A stretch of DNA of 64,000 bases from Eubacteriaceae bacterium (GCA_009782515.1 WRIY01000005.1:812-64811); one strand, 5' to 3'; shown: positions 1 through 9,331, counted from the stretch's first letter. Program-made: numbers and translations. The notes: generated from the letters alone by a model not told the origin.

Positions 1-482
1 ATCGAGACATTATACAAGTCTGCCATTGCATTCAGCGTGTCAAATCCCGGCTTACTTGCTCCAGCTTCAAGATTTTTGACATGCTGTTCAGTAATCTTTA
101 AATATGTTGCAACTTCCTTTTGAGTAAGAGCATTTATTTCTCGTAAAGTAGATATATTACTGCTAAATGCATTAATAAATATTGATTGCTCATCGATTGA
201 ACTCGATTTCTCGTTCAAATTTTCTTTTGTTGCTAGCGATGATTCACGAGTGCCAATATCTGTGTCATAAACCTTGTGATTGCGTGTGCGGCCTGCTAAA
301 TAATCTAATGAAACATCCAAGGCATCTGATAAAGCAACTAAAACATCAAAACCCGGCTTTTGGGAGCCGCTTTCGTAATATTGCACTCTTCGCTCACCTA
401 CACCTGCTAGCTCTCCCAGGTGCTTTTGAGTAAGCCCTCTACTGGTTCTTATATATTTCAGTCTTTCTCCCAAGGATTCCAT
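1..482 (-). CDS. XRE-family regulator with two tandem HTH domains (CI-like repressor candidate); C-terminus runs off the window
   Basis: Not in the ORF track because it is open at the window edge. My translation from the ATG at 482-480 gives MESLGERLKYIRTSRGLTQKHLGELAGVGERRVQYYESGSQKPGFDVLVALSDALDVSLDYLAGRT... followed by a second unit, ...LREINALTQKEVATYLKITEQHVKNLEAGASKPGFDTLNAMADLYNVS. There is no stop codon down to position 1. Confidence 0.75.
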   Translation of the reverse strand, partial: MESLGERLKYIRTSRGLTQKHLGELAGVGERRVQYYESGSQKPGFDVLVALSDALDVSLDYLAGRTRNHKVYDTDIGTRESSLATKENLNEKSSSIDEQSIFINAFSSNISTLREINALTQKEVATYLKITEQHVKNLEAGASKPGFDTLNAMADLYNVS

Positions 483-498
483 TAATTCACCAATTAAG

Positions 499-527
499 TT
501 GACACGCCGATACTGGCGTGATATTAT
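499..527 (+). promoter_or_regulatory. Sigma-70-type promoter for the rightward XRE gene
   Basis: TTGACA (499-504), a 17-nt spacer, then TATTAT (522-527). It lies in the 94-bp divergent intergenic region, upstream of the RBS AAAGGAGG (563-570). Confidence 0.5.
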
Positions 528-576
528 TGATTATAACACGCCGATTATAGCGTATTACAACCAAAGGAGGCTGCGC

Positions 577-804
577 ATGAGGGACAAGCTACGAGAGAAA
601 CGTGAAACGCTAGGGCTCACACAAAAAGAGCTCGCAAAGCGTTCAAAAGTTTCAGAGCGTGTCTACCAGGATTATGAGTATGGCAAAGTGACACCACGCT
701 ACAATGCTATGAAACGAATTGCCCATGTACTTGGCTCTTCTGTAGAAGAGCTGTTTGGCAACGCTAGCGACGAAATCCAAACAGCCACTACGATAAAAGT
801 CTAA
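577..804 (+). CDS. Small XRE-family HTH protein (Cro/CI-like), divergent from the tandem-HTH gene
   Basis: MRDKLREKRETLGLTQKELAKRSKVSERVYQDYEYGKVTPRYNAMKRIAHVLGSSVEELF is an HTH_3 pattern. The ATG at 577 lies 6 nt after AAAGGAGG. The TTG at 499 in the ORF track is the -35 box, so I prefer the internal start. Confidence 0.8.
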   Translation: MRDKLREKRETLGLTQKELAKRSKVSERVYQDYEYGKVTPRYNAMKRIAHVLGSSVEELFGNASDEIQTATTIKV

Positions 805-907
805 CTGTTACCTAAAGTATACATGATTCTATAATAATCCGATAGAAATGCGATCCAAAATGGTTTGTTTTTTTACCATGCCATTCAATAACCACTTTGA
901 GGGCCTC

Positions 908-1144
908 ATGGGCGATGGCAAGCCGATTAAAAAACATGCAATAAGGTTTCGCAATGAGCGCACAGGACGCTGCAGCAGCGATCGGGATAAGCTCTCCACA
1001 CTTGCGCCGACATGAGAGCGGTCAGCAGAAAGTAACAATCGGCACAACAGAAAAATGGACCACGCATATGGGGTGGCATTGCATTCGCTTATTGATGCAA
1101 CAATTGCCTCAACGGAGATAGAAGGCAAAATACCGTCATATTGA
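908..1144 (+). pseudogene. Possible frameshifted XRE-type HTH gene
   Basis: The starting frame reads MGDGKPIKKHAIRFRNE... and hits a TGA. The +1 frame reads MSAQDAAAAIGISSPHLRRHESGQQKVTIGTTEKW (HTH core). The first frame then resumes with KMDHAYGVALHSLIDATIA..., a typical HTH_3 tail. A-runs sit near both junctions. Confidence 0.35.
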
Positions 1145-1321
1145 ATCTGCACTCGCTGGGCCTTTGAAATGCTACATGAATGCATTGAGGGATGAGGGGC
1201 GTTATGGGATCAACCGTAGGGAGACGAGGAATATCCGGCGACAGGACTAACAGCCTATACGCGCTAAGCCTCGCTGGTTTATTAAGATTGCCCTCCCCTA
1301 AGGAGGAACAAGGTTCACCGC

Positions 1322-1447
1322 TGGTATCACTCAGATGCCAAATGGTATCACATAGATACAAGTGAATTTTGCTCTGGTATCTCATAGATACCAGTAGTGC
1401 ATACATTGGTATCACACAGATACCAGAGTGGTATCACACAGATACCA
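1322..1447. repeat. Five copies of a 19-bp palindromic motif TGGTATCACACAGATACCA (candidate iterons, origin or operator array)
   Basis: Copies lie at 1322-1340, 1343-1361, 1375-1393, 1407-1425 and 1429-1447. The last two are perfect and the others have 2 mismatches each. Half-sites TGGTATC and GATACCA are exact inverted repeats. The array sits immediately upstream of the replication genes. Confidence 0.8.
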
Positions 1448-1570
1448 ATTTAGCCCCTATATTAATACATTAATACATAAGGAATAAGACAAGAAGATTA
1501 TGAATGCCACGAGCAAAGACGACAGCGGAATTTATTTAGCTTCACACAAAAAACTCAAAAAAAGGGGAAT

Positions 1571-2338
1571 GTGGTTTACAGCCGGCATCGCTCCGGCTCG
1601 CAACCTCGCATCAAGGCAACCATGGGCGTTAGTATGTTCGCTGAGATTAAGGCTTACTACCAGTTTATCAGAACACAAAAACTCACGTATCCAGCAAGGG
1701 AAGTCTGGCGAGCGCTGCTTGAGCTTTGGAATGAATCGCAGTGGGCAGATGTCTTTATCGCTTCAGCAGCCAGTATTGCAGACAAAGCCCAAATACCAGT
1801 AGTCACTGCAAAACGCGCCCTAAAGGAGCTTGATGAACTGGGTTTGCTGAAGAACACTAATGCCGGAAGCAGGAAAACAAGTGCGATCCAAATGCAAAGC
1901 CTTGCTGAGATGCATAATACAGGATCGCTAACAGAGCTAATGGATCCACAACAGTGTTTGCGAGTTCAGCAAGAAGCAAAGCCAGAGACAGCACAAGAGC
2001 AGCTTGGGCTCTCGGGCCATGAGCCTGGAGTGCTTATTAGCTTGCCTCTGAAAGGTGGCGGAGAGTTCCGCATAGACCTAAAATGGGCATCCGAGCTGCA
2101 AGATGCCTATTTGGAACTTGATGTGCCCAAAGAGCTAAAGCGTATGCAGCTGTGGTGCGACTCGCACCCAGACAGGCTTAAAACGCAAAAGGGCATAAAA
2201 GCTTTTGTGACATCATGGCTAGCCCGATCGCAAGAACCGAGAAAGGAGAGCAGCAATGCAGAATACAAAGGATACGAGCATAGGAAAAGCAGTCCAGAGC
2301 TACCTGGCTGGGATAGCGACTATGCGGATTTCGTCTAG
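1571..2338 (+). CDS. Putative replication initiator / replisome organiser (called mainly from context)
   Basis: The N-terminal part (YPAREVWRALLELWNE...IADKAQIPVVTAKRALKELDELGLLKN) looks like a winged-helix domain. The gene lies between the iteron array and a DnaC-like loader. The start is uncertain (1571, 1622 or 1634). Confidence 0.5.
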   Translation: MVYSRHRSGSQPRIKATMGVSMFAEIKAYYQFIRTQKLTYPAREVWRALLELWNESQWADVFIASAASIADKAQIPVVTAKRALKELDELGLLKNTNAGSRKTSAIQMQSLAEMHNTGSLTELMDPQQCLRVQQEAKPETAQEQLGLSGHEPGVLISLPLKGGGEFRIDLKWASELQDAYLELDVPKELKRMQLWCDSHPDRLKTQKGIKAFVTSWLARSQEPRKESSNAEYKGYEHRKSSPELPGWDSDYADFV

Positions 2339-3161
2339 CATCAACGAATTCGAAATAGACACAGAATGCGAGGAAATTAGAGGTGGGCAGATAGCCTGCA
2401 AAGCATGTGGGGATGCTAAGTCTATGCAGTACCCTGAAGGCTTTGGCGAGCTGACAGGCAAGTATTTAAGATTTAAAAAATGCTCCTGCAATGACGCTGA
2501 AGACCGGGAAATTGAAACAGAAAGGCTGATGGCAGATCGCTTGCAGAGAATCAAGTCGCTTCAGCTAGAGTCGCTGATGGGGCAGCAGTTCTTCAGCGCA
2601 AGGTTTGAAAATATTTCGCTGGGGATTAGCCCGGCCATCGACACAGCAGCAAGAAGGCTGGCCACTTATGCCGAGATAAGCGGTATTGCTTATGAAAAGG
2701 GGCTTGGGGCGTACATTTACGGCGATGTCGGGGTAGGAAAGACATACCTCATGAGCTGCTGCGCAAACGCGCTCATTGACAAGCTTTTGCCGGTAATCTT
2801 CACATCGTTCATTGAAATATCGCGCAAAGTCCGATCAACGTTTGGCTCGCAGGGCGCTGAGCACAGTGAGGGCGAGCTTATGGGCCAAATAGCCAACGCT
2901 GACTTTTTGTTTCTTGATGACATCGGCTCCGAATCCCTCACGCCATGGATGCGCCAGCTTGTGTATGAGGTGCTTGACAGCAGGCTTAGGGCACAGAAGC
3001 CAACGCTTTTTTCAAGCAATTATGCAATCCCTGAGCTGGCGGGCAGAGGCTACGAAAAGCGGTGCGTCGACAGAATCATGATGCTTTCGACTGAGGTTAT
3101 GCAGATAAAGGGCCCTAACCTGCGAATGAAGAAAGCGCAAGAAAAAGAAAGCTGGTTTTAG
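2256..3161 (+). CDS. DnaC/IstB-like AAA+ ATPase (helicase loader) with an N-terminal Cys-rich region
   Basis: Walker A is GDVGVGKTYL and Walker B is DFLFLDDIGSE, followed by LFSSNY. The N-terminus carries CKACGD...CSCN. GAAAGGAG lies 7 nt before the ATG at 2256. The gene overlaps the upstream gene. Confidence 0.8.
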   Translation: MQNTKDTSIGKAVQSYLAGIATMRISSSINEFEIDTECEEIRGGQIACKACGDAKSMQYPEGFGELTGKYLRFKKCSCNDAEDREIETERLMADRLQRIKSLQLESLMGQQFFSARFENISLGISPAIDTAARRLATYAEISGIAYEKGLGAYIYGDVGVGKTYLMSCCANALIDKLLPVIFTSFIEISRKVRSTFGSQGAEHSEGELMGQIANADFLFLDDIGSESLTPWMRQLVYEVLDSRLRAQKPTLFSSNYAIPELAGRGYEKRCVDRIMMLSTEVMQIKGPNLRMKKAQEKESWF

Positions 3162-3614
3162 CAAAAAGCCCAAATTCGCGCGCAGGGGCCACTAGAACCA
3201 AAATCCGATTTAGGTTTCAAGTGCAAGGGTGAAGCTATAAAAGTGCCAATAACTGATCTCCACAAAAATCGAGAGATCCCAGCGGGTGGCAAAATATGGA
3301 GCCCTATAGCTGGCTCCCATCGGTTTGGAGCGATAAGCATAAAGCTGCAAGCTATAACTGAATGCAATTCTAGCGGACCTTAACTTGATATGCTGGGTGA
3401 GCAAGAATGCACGATTATCGAAGCGAAAAAGCTTACGCTAATTAGCATTTTCAATCCTTCTCGAAGATGAGGCAACCGACATTGATCCGCACTATAGCTA
3501 CTATCGTGGCAGCAACTGGCAAGCCGGCGCTATAAGAGCTTATGTTTGCATAAGGTGTAAAAAACAGGCTATAAAAAGTACAAGCCTCGAAACCCGCTAA
3601 ATAAGCAAAAAAAA

Positions 3615-3690
3615 TGGCACGCTTGAGAGGAGTCGAACCTCCGACACACGGTTTAGGAAACCGTTGCTCTATCCACTGAGCTACAAGCGC
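3615..3690 (-). tRNA. tRNA-Arg (anticodon CCU)
   Basis: The reverse complement folds as a 76-nt cloverleaf: GCGCTTG-TA-GCTC AGTGGATA GAGC-A-ACGGT TTCCTAA ACCGT-GTGTC-GGAGG TTCGACT CCTCT-CAAGCGT-G-CCA. The anticodon loop is TT-CCT-AA. CCA is encoded and positions 1 and 72 form a G-U pair. Confidence 0.85.
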
Positions 3691-4012
3691 ACGAGTCTTT
3701 CGTATGATAGCATAAGTGTATGCGAAAATCAATGCAGCAAATTCAATGGCTTATTGCATGCTTGCAATTTGGAGCATAGAGCCTCATTGTCAAATAATTA
3801 TGCAAACATGCGCAAAAATTAGGTGCAAGCCTCTGCAAATGGCGCTGCAGCCTGTTGCTGCTACCTGATTTCCACTGCATTGCATTGCGCAGGCGCTGTA
3901 TAAACCGCTGCCTTGCTTGGCACATACCTATGTGCTATTCTTTAGCAAGAGCAAATATTTGCATCTACTCCTTGGCTACAGGGAATCATTATTTTTTTAT
4001 TATGAGGTATGA

Positions 4013-5137
4013 ATGGTAGACAAAAAGCAATATAAAGATACTCAATTGCATATATCCAAGCTTGGCTTTGGCTGCATGCGCTTTCCAGTAAAAGATGGGT
4101 ATGTTGATATAGATAAGACTTGCGATCTCATTGCGCATGCCATGCAAAGCGGCATAAACTACTACGATTCAGGTTATTTTTATCAAGGCGGCCAATCTGA
4201 AAAGGCGATGGGGCAAGCATTTAAGCCATTTAAGCGCTCAGAATATATTATTACTACAAAACTGCCAAACTTCGCATGCTCTAGCGAAGCGGAAATATAC
4301 AATACTATCGATGAGCAGCTGAAGCGCTGCCAAACAGACTACTTTGACTTCTACTTGCTGCACAATGTAAATGAGCGATCACTGGCCCAATTCTCAAGGC
4401 CCTACGTTGTAAAGGCGCTTGAGAAGCTCAAGCAAGATGGAAAAATCCGAGGGACAGGGTTTTCCTCGCACGCGAATGTTGATACGCTAAAATGGTTTGC
4501 TGACTATTATGACTGGGATATTGCCCAGATCCAGCTCAACCGCTTTGACTGGCAGTACCTGGACAGCCAAGGCCAATATGAAGAGCTTACTAAGCGGGGA
4601 ATACCGGTGGTTGTAATGGAGCCCCTTAGAGGAGGCAGGCTTGCTTCCATTTCAGAAGAGGGAGACAAGATGCTTAAAAGCTTAGATCCGGACAAAAGCA
4701 TTGCATCATACAGCTTCCGCTTTGCAGGGGCACTGCCTAATGTCAGCGTTGTCCTGAGCGGTATGAATGAAATGTTCCAACTTGAGGACAATGTAAAAAC
4801 ATTCACAAATCTAAAGCCGCTTTCAGGCGTTGAGCTTGAAACTTTTGACAGGGCGCTGGACGCTTTGCTCTCAGGAAACGAAGCGCCGTGCACTAAATGC
4901 GAATATTGCTTGGAAGGCTGCCCTATGCAGCTAGATATACCTGGCCTGATTGATAGATACAATAGCTACATGGTTTCAAGGCACTTCATGGAAATGACTC
5001 GCATTTCCTGGATGCCTGAAGACAAGCAGCCAAAATCATGCTCTGCGTGTGGCCAATGTGCTGAAGCCTGCCCACAAAACATAGATATTCCGGCTATTAT
5101 GGAGAAGCTTGCCAACTCCATGCAAAGGCGCAGATAA
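4013..5137 (+). CDS. Aldo/keto reductase fused to a C-terminal 2x[4Fe-4S] ferredoxin-like domain
   Basis: The AKR core is KLGFGCMRFP...YYDSGYFY...FYLLHNV. The C-terminus has CTKCEYCLEGCP and CSACGQCAEACP. GAGGT lies 5 nt before the ATG. Confidence 0.85.
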   Translation: MVDKKQYKDTQLHISKLGFGCMRFPVKDGYVDIDKTCDLIAHAMQSGINYYDSGYFYQGGQSEKAMGQAFKPFKRSEYIITTKLPNFACSSEAEIYNTIDEQLKRCQTDYFDFYLLHNVNERSLAQFSRPYVVKALEKLKQDGKIRGTGFSSHANVDTLKWFADYYDWDIAQIQLNRFDWQYLDSQGQYEELTKRGIPVVVMEPLRGGRLASISEEGDKMLKSLDPDKSIASYSFRFAGALPNVSVVLSGMNEMFQLEDNVKTFTNLKPLSGVELETFDRALDALLSGNEAPCTKCEYCLEGCPMQLDIPGLIDRYNSYMVSRHFMEMTRISWMPEDKQPKSCSACGQCAEACPQNIDIPAIMEKLANSMQRRR

Positions 5138-5245
5138 GCTCTGTTAAGTGTGAAAATCGCTCAGAAACAGATGTAACCAGCGAATATACGCTGTAAAGCT
5201 GGCTGCTGCACCTGAAGCAGCCAGTTTCATATCTCTTTCGTGCTG

Positions 5246-5992
5246 TTAGGAAAGCCAATAGGTTGAACCATCATCAACTCTTTGCATAAAGCCATATTCG
5301 ATCAAATATCGCCTAATAGTTGTATGGTCATAAAAAATGCCCTTTAGTATTTGTGTTACTTCTTTGTAGGAATATTTTTTGCCTTTTTCAAATTCCTCTG
5401 CAATTCGAGCTAGGGTTACAGCCTTGTTTTTCTCTTTAGGAGAGAGTGCCTTGAGCTTGAGTGGCTCCAGGCTTTCAAAAAAAGTGGCTAAAATATGCTC
5501 CTTTTCTTTTTCTGTCACAATAAAGCGGTCATCATTGTACGTTGCGCTGTTTGGAAAGGATACAAGCTCATCGCCGCTTTCAGCTTTAGAGGCAAATGCC
5601 AGCTCATATACCGCCAGAAAAAATTTAGCCTGCTTGGCTTTTTCGCGCAAGGCAAATTTCTGGCTTCTGACAGTTGAGGGCGATCTGCTGAGCGATTTTG
5701 CGATATCATTGTCAGACAATCCCTTTGCCAGCAACCGAATAAGCTCCTTTTGGTTGTCAGTTAGGGAGTTATACTTGCTAGTGTCGCTAAGCAGATTTTC
5801 AAGGCTTCCATGATGGACTTCTGCAATGTGCCTTTGTGCTGCCCTCTCATGCATGAGAAGCTCATCGCCGAAAGCGTATGCCTGGTTGTTATGGTACTCC
5901 TCAGTGCAATAAATGCATTTTATTGTTTGGCCTGCATCGTCAAAATAGTAGCCGTTTGCGATGCTTTCGATCGCTAAATTCAGGTAATCCAT
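5246..5992 (-). CDS. Putative transcriptional regulator: Cys/His N-terminal region, LuxR-like HTH, DUF2087-like C-terminal domain
   Basis: LTDNQKELIRLLAKGLSDNDIAKSLSRSPSTVRSQKFALREKA is an HTH pattern. The C-terminus (YSYKEVTQILKGIFYDHTTIRRYLIEYGFMQR) resembles DUF2087. GGAGG lies 6 nt before the ATG. Confidence 0.6.
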   Translation of the reverse strand: MDYLNLAIESIANGYYFDDAGQTIKCIYCTEEYHNNQAYAFGDELLMHERAAQRHIAEVHHGSLENLLSDTSKYNSLTDNQKELIRLLAKGLSDNDIAKSLSRSPSTVRSQKFALREKAKQAKFFLAVYELAFASKAESGDELVSFPNSATYNDDRFIVTEKEKEHILATFFESLEPLKLKALSPKEKNKAVTLARIAEEFEKGKKYSYKEVTQILKGIFYDHTTIRRYLIEYGFMQRVDDGSTYWLS

Positions 5993-6365
5993 ACTAGCCT
6001 CCAGAGTATACTATGGACATTATATCAAAATGTCCACAAAAATCATAGACTTATATAGAACACGACCATTATATTTCACTCAGCCAGCAAACTCCATGTT
6101 CCAAAGCATATCCGTACGAAACCACAATTTTATGCAATAGGCGGCTTGAACTAACAGTATAGAAAGCTAAACAACAAAATATTAGCACACAATTATCTAA
6201 TGCTGCATATATTTAGTGTAGACATATATTTGCAATAGAAAGAAACGCAAGAAGGGCGAAATAAGCCTGAAAAATGCTGGCAATACCAGGAAGTCGCAGA
6301 GATAGAGGCGCTAACCCCCTTGCATCCCTATCTCTGCTTTTTTATTCAAACAACATTCAATTAAA

Positions 6366-7358
6366 TTATTCTTTGTCCTCTATAAAAGCTATAGTGTCAT
6401 CCAGAGTAGGCATAGACGGTATAGCGCCACGCCTGCTAATGCATATCGCAGCTGTGGCGTTAGCAAATTTGGCGAAGCCTGCAAGGGTGTCCTCGCCAAA
6501 GCCTTCGATATCTAAGCCGGCCTGGTTTGCCTTATACAAAAGCCCGCCGAGAAAAGCGTCGCCAGCGCCTGTTGTATCAACAACATCAACCTTATAAGCC
6601 TCGTGGGACGCTCTTGCCTTTTTTGTAGCAAGCAACGCGCCCTTTGAGCCAAGGGTAATTGCAACAAGCCTTGCGCCTTGCTCTAAAAGGGCATCAGCAG
6701 CCTTGTCGGGATCAGTAGCGCCCGCAAGCATCAGTATTTCTTCCTCACTGGCTTTTACTATGTCAGCGTACCCAAGCATTAGCCGCATAGCCTGTTCCGC
6801 CTCGCTTTCGCTGCTCCAAAGAGAATCTCTATAATTCGGGTCATACGAAATCAATGCGCCATGGCGCTTTGCATACAAGACTGACTCGATCTGGGCGCTT
6901 TTTGCCGGCTCATTAGTAAGCGATATCGAGCCAACATGCAAAAGCTTTGTTGATTCAAGGATTGGTTTTGATATTTCGCTCCACTCCAGCATCATATCAG
7001 CCCCTGGCTTGCGCGCAAAGGAAAAGGACCTCTCGCCTTCTTCATCAAGTCCAACAAAAGCAAGCGTCGTGAAATACTCGTCTGAGAGAATCATAGCTGA
7101 AGTGTCAACGCCCGCTTCTTCAAGGGTTGACTTTAGGAACCTTCCATGCATGTCATTTCCGACTTTGCCCAGGAAGGCGGTTTTTAATTTATATCTGGAC
7201 ATTGCGACAATCGCATTAGCCACTGCGCCGCCGGGATTGCGCTCAAATGCCTGCATCCCATATTTAGTTGGGCCAATGCCTATAAAGTCAATAAGCGCTT
7301 CGCCCAGTGACACTGCATCGTATTGTTTTTTGTCATCCAACTTCAATCCACCAACCAT
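6366..7358 (-). CDS. PfkB-family sugar kinase (fructokinase-like)
   Basis: Motifs are SLGEALIDF, GGAVANAIVAMSR and DTTGAGDAFLGGLLY. The start is uncertain: the ATG at 7358, or the TTG at 7340, which has GGTGGA 6 nt upstream. Confidence 0.85.
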   Translation of the reverse strand: MVGGLKLDDKKQYDAVSLGEALIDFIGIGPTKYGMQAFERNPGGAVANAIVAMSRYKLKTAFLGKVGNDMHGRFLKSTLEEAGVDTSAMILSDEYFTTLAFVGLDEEGERSFSFARKPGADMMLEWSEISKPILESTKLLHVGSISLTNEPAKSAQIESVLYAKRHGALISYDPNYRDSLWSSESEAEQAMRLMLGYADIVKASEEEILMLAGATDPDKAADALLEQGARLVAITLGSKGALLATKKARASHEAYKVDVVDTTGAGDAFLGGLLYKANQAGLDIEGFGEDTLAGFAKFANATAAICISRRGAIPSMPTLDDTIAFIEDKE

Positions 7359-8235
7359 TTCTATAAGTATTGCCTGCCTTTAGAAGCTGAAGGCTAGGAT
7401 GCTCATTTAAATTTTCAACTATCCCTTGCCTTCCTGGAAAGCTCAGCTGCGGCTCAATGCATATGAACGGGGCTTTCGTCTTAGGGTTGTGCCAAAACGT
7501 GAAATACTTCATATCCTCAAACCCGATGCTTGCATAGCGGCTTCCCTTGCCGCTTTTTAAAGTTGCAGCCTTGCCGGTGCCAACGAGTGATATAGCATCA
7601 GCATCAAACATGCTGTGGCTTAGCGGCAAGCGCTTTCTGCCTTCGAGCGCAAAGCTTTTCAACCCATCAAAGAGCAGGCTTTCGCTGAAGACCACTGATT
7701 GCGGGTCCTGGTATTGCTCAAACTCTATATAATAGTCATCAAATGCCAGGCCTTCATCCAAAGGGACATTTATGCCGGGGTGCCATCCAAGCCCAAAGTG
7801 CAAATCTCGCGAAATGGCAGTGTTTTCTAAAGCAACATCAGTATATAGCCGGCTATCTTTTAGCGAGTATTGTATTGTCAGGCAAAACTTAAAGGGGTAC
7901 TGCTTTTCGAGTTCTGGATTGCTCTCAAGGCGGAAGCTGGCAGAAACATCCGACTTGCCAACCACTTCGAAAGCGCTGTCTTTTGCAAATCCGTGTATAT
8001 CGATGCTGTACTCTTTGCCTTCGTAAAGGTAAACTCCGCCGGAATGCCGGCCAACAAACGGGAATTGGAGAGGTGCTTTGCCTTCCCATAGCCCTGGCAC
8101 ATTTCCTTGCCAGATATACTCAAAACCATCTTTAGCCAAAGACTGAAGCTCAGCGCCTTGGCTGCTTATTGCTGCCTTAATGCTGTCATTGCTTATCTCG
8201 TGCAGATGCTCACGCCCGGGCATCCGGATACTCAT
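7333..8235 (-). CDS. Aldose 1-epimerase (mutarotase) family protein, LacX-like
   Basis: AAISSQGAELQSL...YIWQGN...WEGKAPLQFPFVGR...HGFA and ...FICIEP are typical of the family. The gene overlaps both neighbours, so it appears to be in an operon. Confidence 0.75.
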   Translation of the reverse strand: MSIRMPGREHLHEISNDSIKAAISSQGAELQSLAKDGFEYIWQGNVPGLWEGKAPLQFPFVGRHSGGVYLYEGKEYSIDIHGFAKDSAFEVVGKSDVSASFRLESNPELEKQYPFKFCLTIQYSLKDSRLYTDVALENTAISRDLHFGLGWHPGINVPLDEGLAFDDYYIEFEQYQDPQSVVFSESLLFDGLKSFALEGRKRLPLSHSMFDADAISLVGTGKAATLKSGKGSRYASIGFEDMKYFTFWHNPKTKAPFICIEPQLSFPGRQGIVENLNEHPSLQLLKAGNTYRNGWWIEVG

Positions 8236-8893
8236 TGCAAAGCAGCCTATATGGAGCTTCGTCTTCCTCTATCGTCGGAAACCTTCCAATAGGCTCCAGG
8301 AATCGGTTGTCAGTGTTGTCGTCATTAACCATAGACACTTCCCCGAGCAGGACTGGCCCGCTGCCTTTCTCGACTGAAAAATCATGGTACATTCCAGCCG
8401 AAAGGGATATCGACTCGCCTGGAGTCAGCCTCACTTGTGTGCCTGCAGGCACAGTGTAGCGCCTCCCGTCGACATTGACCAAAACATCAGTATCGGCAAG
8501 CTGCTCATCAGAAGTCGAGTTGTATACCTTAATTAAGATATTTCCGCCGCCGCGGTTAATAATGTCTTCCATCTTGAGCCAATGAAAGTGCATCGGCGCA
8601 TATTGGCCCTCTTCTAAGAATAGAAGCTTCTCAGCATACGTTTTTATATACTTATCGCTATTAAGCTTTCCATTTCTAAGAGTGATAAGCGCAAAGCCTA
8701 CCTCGGCAAAGTTGCCAAGGCCATAATCTGTTACATCCCATCCAAGGCTGTTGTCACGAATCTCATCATACTCATGGCCCTTTTGCCGCCAATCCTCTGG
8801 CGTAAAGCCCAAAAAAGGAGGCAGAGCAAAGCGGTATTCGTTAATAAATGATTCTAATCGCTTTATAGCTTGATTTATTTCTGATCTTTTCAT
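8210..8893 (-). CDS. D-lyxose/D-mannose ketol-isomerase family (cupin)
   Basis: MKRSEINQAIKR...FALPPFLGFTPEDW...GWDVTDYGLGNF...YAEKLLFLEEGQYAPMHFHWLKMEDIINRGGG matches the YdaE-type lyxose isomerase pattern. AAAGGA lies 6 nt before the ATG. Confidence 0.8.
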   Translation of the reverse strand: MKRSEINQAIKRLESFINEYRFALPPFLGFTPEDWRQKGHEYDEIRDNSLGWDVTDYGLGNFAEVGFALITLRNGKLNSDKYIKTYAEKLLFLEEGQYAPMHFHWLKMEDIINRGGGNILIKVYNSTSDEQLADTDVLVNVDGRRYTVPAGTQVRLTPGESISLSAGMYHDFSVEKGSGPVLLGEVSMVNDDNTDNRFLEPIGRFPTIEEDEAPYRLLCNEYPDARA

Positions 8894-9331
8894 AAATATC
8901 CTTTCGTTTTCGCATGTGCATATACGTCAAAGCAGGCCCAATTCCGGCAGATGAATTTATGCCCTGGCTTAATTATAGCTTATGCGCCAAATTTACTTAC
9001 AGCCTGAACGATCAGGAATTGAATTAGATAGCCGGCTAGCGCTAATTATCTTTCTGCAAATGCCGATCAGCCAGCGCGCTGCGATAGGCAAAATATCACT
9101 ATCGCTTTTGTAATGGCAATGCATGGCGCTTTTGCCAAGGCTGCTGCATTCGATCCTAAGTATTGTTAATATTTTCCGCCTTAAATTGTTAATTGGGAGA
9201 ATTAATCAACTTCCTCCAGAGAATAACAAGAAATTATTTCGTAAGAGGCTATTCTTGGCTTATCATGGAAGCATAAGCTGTGGCAAGCGCCCATCAGCAC
9301 ACTTGCCAATATTCACAGCAAAAAGAAGGCA

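Larger units (their letters stand above)
1..3614. mobile_element. Probable prophage or integrative-element remnant (XRE switch genes, iterons, replication initiator plus DnaC-like loader) lying against the 3' end of tRNA-Arg; left boundary is outside the window
   Basis: The gene content is typical of a temperate-phage early region. It ends about 450 bp from the CCA end of a tRNA gene, and one XRE gene is frameshifted. No integrase or att repeat is visible in the window. Confidence 0.4.

Noticed and set aside
182-433. 83-aa plus-strand ORF from the track
   Set aside because: It lies antisense to, and wholly inside, the well-supported tandem-HTH XRE gene (1-482, minus strand). Its Cys/His/Leu-rich sequence has no recognisable features, so it is a shadow ORF.
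829-1415. Two overlapping minus-strand ORFs (118 and 108 aa)
   Set aside because: Their composition is odd and they have no RBS. They run through the frameshifted XRE remnant and the palindromic iteron array, so the DNA is better explained by those features.
3158-3925. Four short minus-strand ORFs around the tRNA
   Set aside because: ORF 3451-3732 reads straight through tRNA-Arg, and the others lie in flanking non-coding DNA with no SD sequence. I treat them as non-coding.
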